From the NCBI GenBank assembly GCA_903884535.1, contig CAISEZ010000045.1, positions 7,832 to 71,831 on the forward strand: a stretch of DNA of 64,000 nucleotides, given 5' to 3'. This DNA is from an uncultured Verrucomicrobia subdivision 3 bacterium (lineage in GTDB: Bacteria > Verrucomicrobiota > Verrucomicrobiia > Limisphaerales > UBA11358). Positions 61,076 to 64,000 of the stretch are shown here, in pieces. The first letter of the stretch is position 1, and each line of letters opens with the position of its first letter. The position numbers and the translations under genes are program-made. The notes beneath the pieces were generated by a model. The model was given only the letters and a program-made list of their open reading frames with translations. It did not search any database and was not told where the DNA came from.

Positions 61076-63514
61076 TCAATGATTCGCAATCACCGGACGG
61101 TTCAACAGTGAAATATAATCTTCCAGAATGCGTTCGGTTTCTTCGAGCGTCGGGTCAATGCCCGGCGGCGATTTCTTTTTCAAGGCGGCTTCCAGCAACT
61201 TGGGCGAAACCGTGCTGCCCATCGGCTTGCTGACGAGCCGTTCAAGCGTGTTGGCACCCGGGGACGGTGAATTGGTTTTAGCGCTCAAATCCGGATTGAA
61301 ATTCAGCGCAAGCGAATTGGTATGCGCCGCTGAATTGGTGGCAAAAAAGTTGTCCAATTCCTTCGTTTCATAACGAACAGAGGCGTCCGTCAGATTGTTT
61401 GTTTCTGACGGATCCAGATGTTCTTTCAAACCGGGCGCATCGGCGTTTTCGACCGTGACATCGTAAATCTTCACCGCCGATGGCGGGCGCGTGGCGCGTT
61501 CCTTTTCGCGTTCGAGATTCAGCGTGGTGTGACGCTCGCGTTCCTTGATGGCCTCGCGTTCGTTGATGGTGGCGGTTTTTTCGGCCTGCATTTTCACCCA
61601 GTCGTCAATGTCCTGCCGGATGTAGGCGAATTCCCGGTTGGTCGCCAGCCGCGCATCGGAACGCTCGTGCAGGGTTGTAAGGTATGGTTCCACCAGATTG
61701 AACTTGTCGTATTTCGCCGGCTTGATCGTGTCCCACGGCAGTGGATTTTCCAGCGCGGTTTCGCCGACGAAGCTGGAATAATTCAGCACGTCGGGAAAAA
61801 TGATGTCCGGCACGACGCCTTTCAATTGGGTCGAAGCGCCGCTCACGCGGTAAAATTTGCGGATGGTGATCTTGATGGTGCCGGGATCGTTGGTGGCCGT
61901 AGCCGTGGCGGGCCAGACAAACGGGCGCAGGGGATTCAGATTTTGCACCGTGCCTTTGCCGTGCGTCGAAACATCGCCGACCACCAAAGCGCGGCCGTAA
62001 TCCTGCAACGCGGCAGCGGCGATTTCAGAAGCGGACGCGCTGAACCGGTTGATCATCACGACGAGCGGGCCGTCGTAAAGGGCGCTGGTGTTGTTGTCGG
62101 AATCCACGGTGACGTTGCCGTCGGGATTGCGGGCGAGCACCACCGGTCCGCCTTTGATGAATAGGCCGGTGAGTTTGATGCATTCTTCCAGCGAGCCGCC
62201 GGGATTGCTCCGCATATCCAAAATAATGCCGGCGACTTTTTCCGCCTTCAGCTTTTTAACCAGCTTGGCGACGTCGTCGGAAATATATTTGGGTGTGGAA
62301 TGTTCGTTGCCCGGGCCGGGAATCGTGGCGTAAAACGAGGGCATTTCAATGACGCCAATCCGGTTGGTGCCGCCGTGACCGTCCGGCGTTTCAATCAACT
62401 GCGCCTTGGCCTCGGAATCTTCCAATTTGATTTCATCGCGGACGAGCGTGACGATGCGCCGCACGGCGCGATCTTCCGCCGGGCTGATGGTCAGGCGGAC
62501 CTCGGTATTTTTTGGCCCGCGAATTTTCTGCACGACTTTTTCCAGTTCCATGTCCACGACATCCACCGCCGGTTTGCTGCCCTGCGCGACGGCGACGATG
62601 CGGTCGTTTTCCTTGAGCTGTTTACTCTTGGTCGCCGGCCCGCCGGGCACCAGCGCACGGATGGTGCAATAGCCGTCATCCTCGGAAAGCTGGGCGCCGA
62701 TGCCAAACAGCGAGAGGCTCATGTTGATGGAAAAATCCTGCGCGTGCGGCGCGCTGAAATAATCAGAGTGCGGATCGTAGGCGTGGGCCAGCGCGTTGAG
62801 GTATGCCTGCAGCACAAAATCGCTGTCGGCATTGGTCATGGCGCGCATGTTCCAGCGGTTATGGCGGGCGAGGGTGGCGACGATGTTGGTGTTGGCATCG
62901 GCCGGCAGCTTGACGGTGAAAGTGCCGTTGGTCTCGGAAATTTCGCGTGACAATTTGTCCTGCAAATATTCATAGCGCAGCCGCAGCCGCCAGAGGTTCT
63001 GCGCCTCCGTCAGGTCTTTCGGAAACGGATCGTGCCGGCGATCCAGCTCGATTTTTTCCTCGGCGCTGAATTTGAATTTATCCTGCGCGAGCAGTTCGTT
63101 GACATACGCGGCGTGCTGTTGGAAGCGGTCGGCGTAACGCTGATAAATGATAAATGCCGGTGTCAAATCGGCCGTGCCGTGGCCGCCGGTGGTCAGCACA
63201 TCGAGATTGGTGCGAAAATGGTCGAACTCCGCGAGGTCGGACTGGAGAAAATTTTCATGGCGCGGGTCGAGCGAATCAATGTAGCCGTTAAAAAACTTCG
63301 CCGACAAATCCTTGTCGAGCGGGCGTTGCAGGTAATGAAATTCCTCGAGCAAACGGGCCGCGACGTAGGCGATGCGCGGATCGTTCGGGCCGGGCTTGAG
63401 GTGCGTGTCCAGGCTGGACAACGGCGGCAGCGCGGAATGTTGGGCCGATTCGCAGCCCGCCCAGAGGGCGAAACCAGCGAAGACGGCGAGCAGGAAAAGG
63501 CGGTTGAAACGCAT
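61076..63514 (-). CDS. prc: Carboxy-terminal processing protease (Tsp/Prc, S41A)
   Basis: DPHSDYF, GIGAQL (PDZ), LDMRSNPGG, SASASEI, HGKGTVQ, KFYRVSG.STQ.KGV.PDI; WAGC possible lipobox. Probable start ATG 63514. Confidence 0.95.
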   Translation of the reverse strand: MRFNRLFLLAVFAGFALWAGCESAQHSALPPLSSLDTHLKPGPNDPRIAYVAARLLEEFHYLQRPLDKDLSAKFFNGYIDSLDPRHENFLQSDLAEFDHFRTNLDVLTTGGHGTADLTPAFIIYQRYADRFQQHAAYVNELLAQDKFKFSAEEKIELDRRHDPFPKDLTEAQNLWRLRLRYEYLQDKLSREISETNGTFTVKLPADANTNIVATLARHNRWNMRAMTNADSDFVLQAYLNALAHAYDPHSDYFSAPHAQDFSINMSLSLFGIGAQLSEDDGYCTIRALVPGGPATKSKQLKENDRIVAVAQGSKPAVDVVDMELEKVVQKIRGPKNTEVRLTISPAEDRAVRRIVTLVRDEIKLEDSEAKAQLIETPDGHGGTNRIGVIEMPSFYATIPGPGNEHSTPKYISDDVAKLVKKLKAEKVAGIILDMRSNPGGSLEECIKLTGLFIKGGPVVLARNPDGNVTVDSDNNTSALYDGPLVVMINRFSASASEIAAAALQDYGRALVVGDVSTHGKGTVQNLNPLRPFVWPATATATNDPGTIKITIRKFYRVSGASTQLKGVVPDIIFPDVLNYSSFVGETALENPLPWDTIKPAKYDKFNLVEPYLTTLHERSDARLATNREFAYIRQDIDDWVKMQAEKTATINEREAIKERERHTTLNLEREKERATRPPSAVKIYDVTVENADAPGLKEHLDPSETNNLTDASVRYETKELDNFFATNSAAHTNSLALNFNPDLSAKTNSPSPGANTLERLVSKPMGSTVSPKLLEAALKKKSPPGIDPTLEETERILEDYISLLNRPVIANH

Positions 63515-63656
63515 GGCAATGTGCACAGTTGGACGGAATATAGCCCAAAGTGTTCAGCGAGGAAAACAAAATGAGCAAACGTTGCAAAAAGTTTGAACGA
63601 AAAGCGGATTGCCTTTGTCTGTGCAATCCAGAATTATATCGCCTCAATTCAACCGC

Positions 63657-64000
63657 ATGAAAACTATTGTTTTAGCAACCGCACTCGGACTTGGCCTGGC
63701 CCCCGTGGTCATGGCTGGCACCACCAACCAGTTGACCGACGAAAAATCCCGCGTCAGCTACGCCATCGGCATGATGAACGGTCATCAGTGGCAACAACAG
63801 GGACTGGATATTGATCCCGATATTTACGTCCGCGGCATCAAGGACGTGCAATCTGGCGGCGCCACCTTGCTCACGCAAGACGAAGCCCAGCAATTGCTGA
63901 CCGCTTTTGGCAAGGAATTCAAAATCAAACAGCAGAAGATGCAGGCCGAGAAGGCCGCCAAAAATAAAATAGATGGCGAGGCTTTTCTCGCGGCCAACAA
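63657..64000 (+). CDS. FKBP-type peptidyl-prolyl isomerase (FkpA/Mip-like), 3' truncated by window edge
   Basis: MKTIVLATALGLGLAPVVMAGTTNQLTDEKSRVSYAIG...IDPD...GIKD...KNKIDGEAFLAAN matches the FKBP N-terminal domain. Not in the ORF track. Confidence 0.9.
   Translation, partial: MKTIVLATALGLGLAPVVMAGTTNQLTDEKSRVSYAIGMMNGHQWQQQGLDIDPDIYVRGIKDVQSGGATLLTQDEAQQLLTAFGKEFKIKQQKMQAEKAAKNKIDGEAFLAAN

Noticed and set aside
1-64000. CRISPR arrays, tRNA, rRNA, prophage
   Set aside because: No repeat-spacer array, cloverleaf, rRNA-like segment or phage genes seen; the periodic repeats have no unique spacers.

Overview
GC-rich bacterial chromosomal window. Protein families (H-X9-DG prepilin-like protein, PEP-CTERM, Ig-rich secreted proteins ending in FYR-x-x-x-P, propeller/Y_Y_Y sensor kinase) point to Verrucomicrobiota, probably a Pedosphaera/Limisphaerales-like lineage (inference). 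Housekeeping genes (aroE, pilD, rarA, a probable 6S RNA, alaS, cls-like PLD, lutABC, msrA, yacG, prc, FKBP) and two giant PAS hybrid kinases flank a ~29 kb accessory glycan-utilisation-like locus (10.3-39.1 kb). That locus holds three paralogous esterase domains, GH3, an MFS sugar symporter, HAD, SGNH, a GH50-like hydrolase, a beta-helix protein, large modular secreted proteins, an H-X9-DG pilin-like protein and a NarL/propeller two-component pair, with no SusC/D. Main points: (i) a shared ~65-70 aa C-terminal module on five exported proteins, a candidate sorting signal; (ii) the palindrome CAGAAC-N4-GTTCTG 35-38 nt upstream of both operons of the locus; (iii) a 610-aa double-SIS protein with glucokinase-regulatory-protein architecture; (iv) an IS with CTAG duplication splitting a ~999-aa gene; (v) two genes with single in-frame TAG codons missed by the ORF track; (vi) periodic 7/10-bp inverted micro-repeats at operon junctions; (vii) a Thr-Asn bias in exported proteins; (viii) an AT-rich in-frame cassette in alaS. 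All calls are by eye; no database searches were run.
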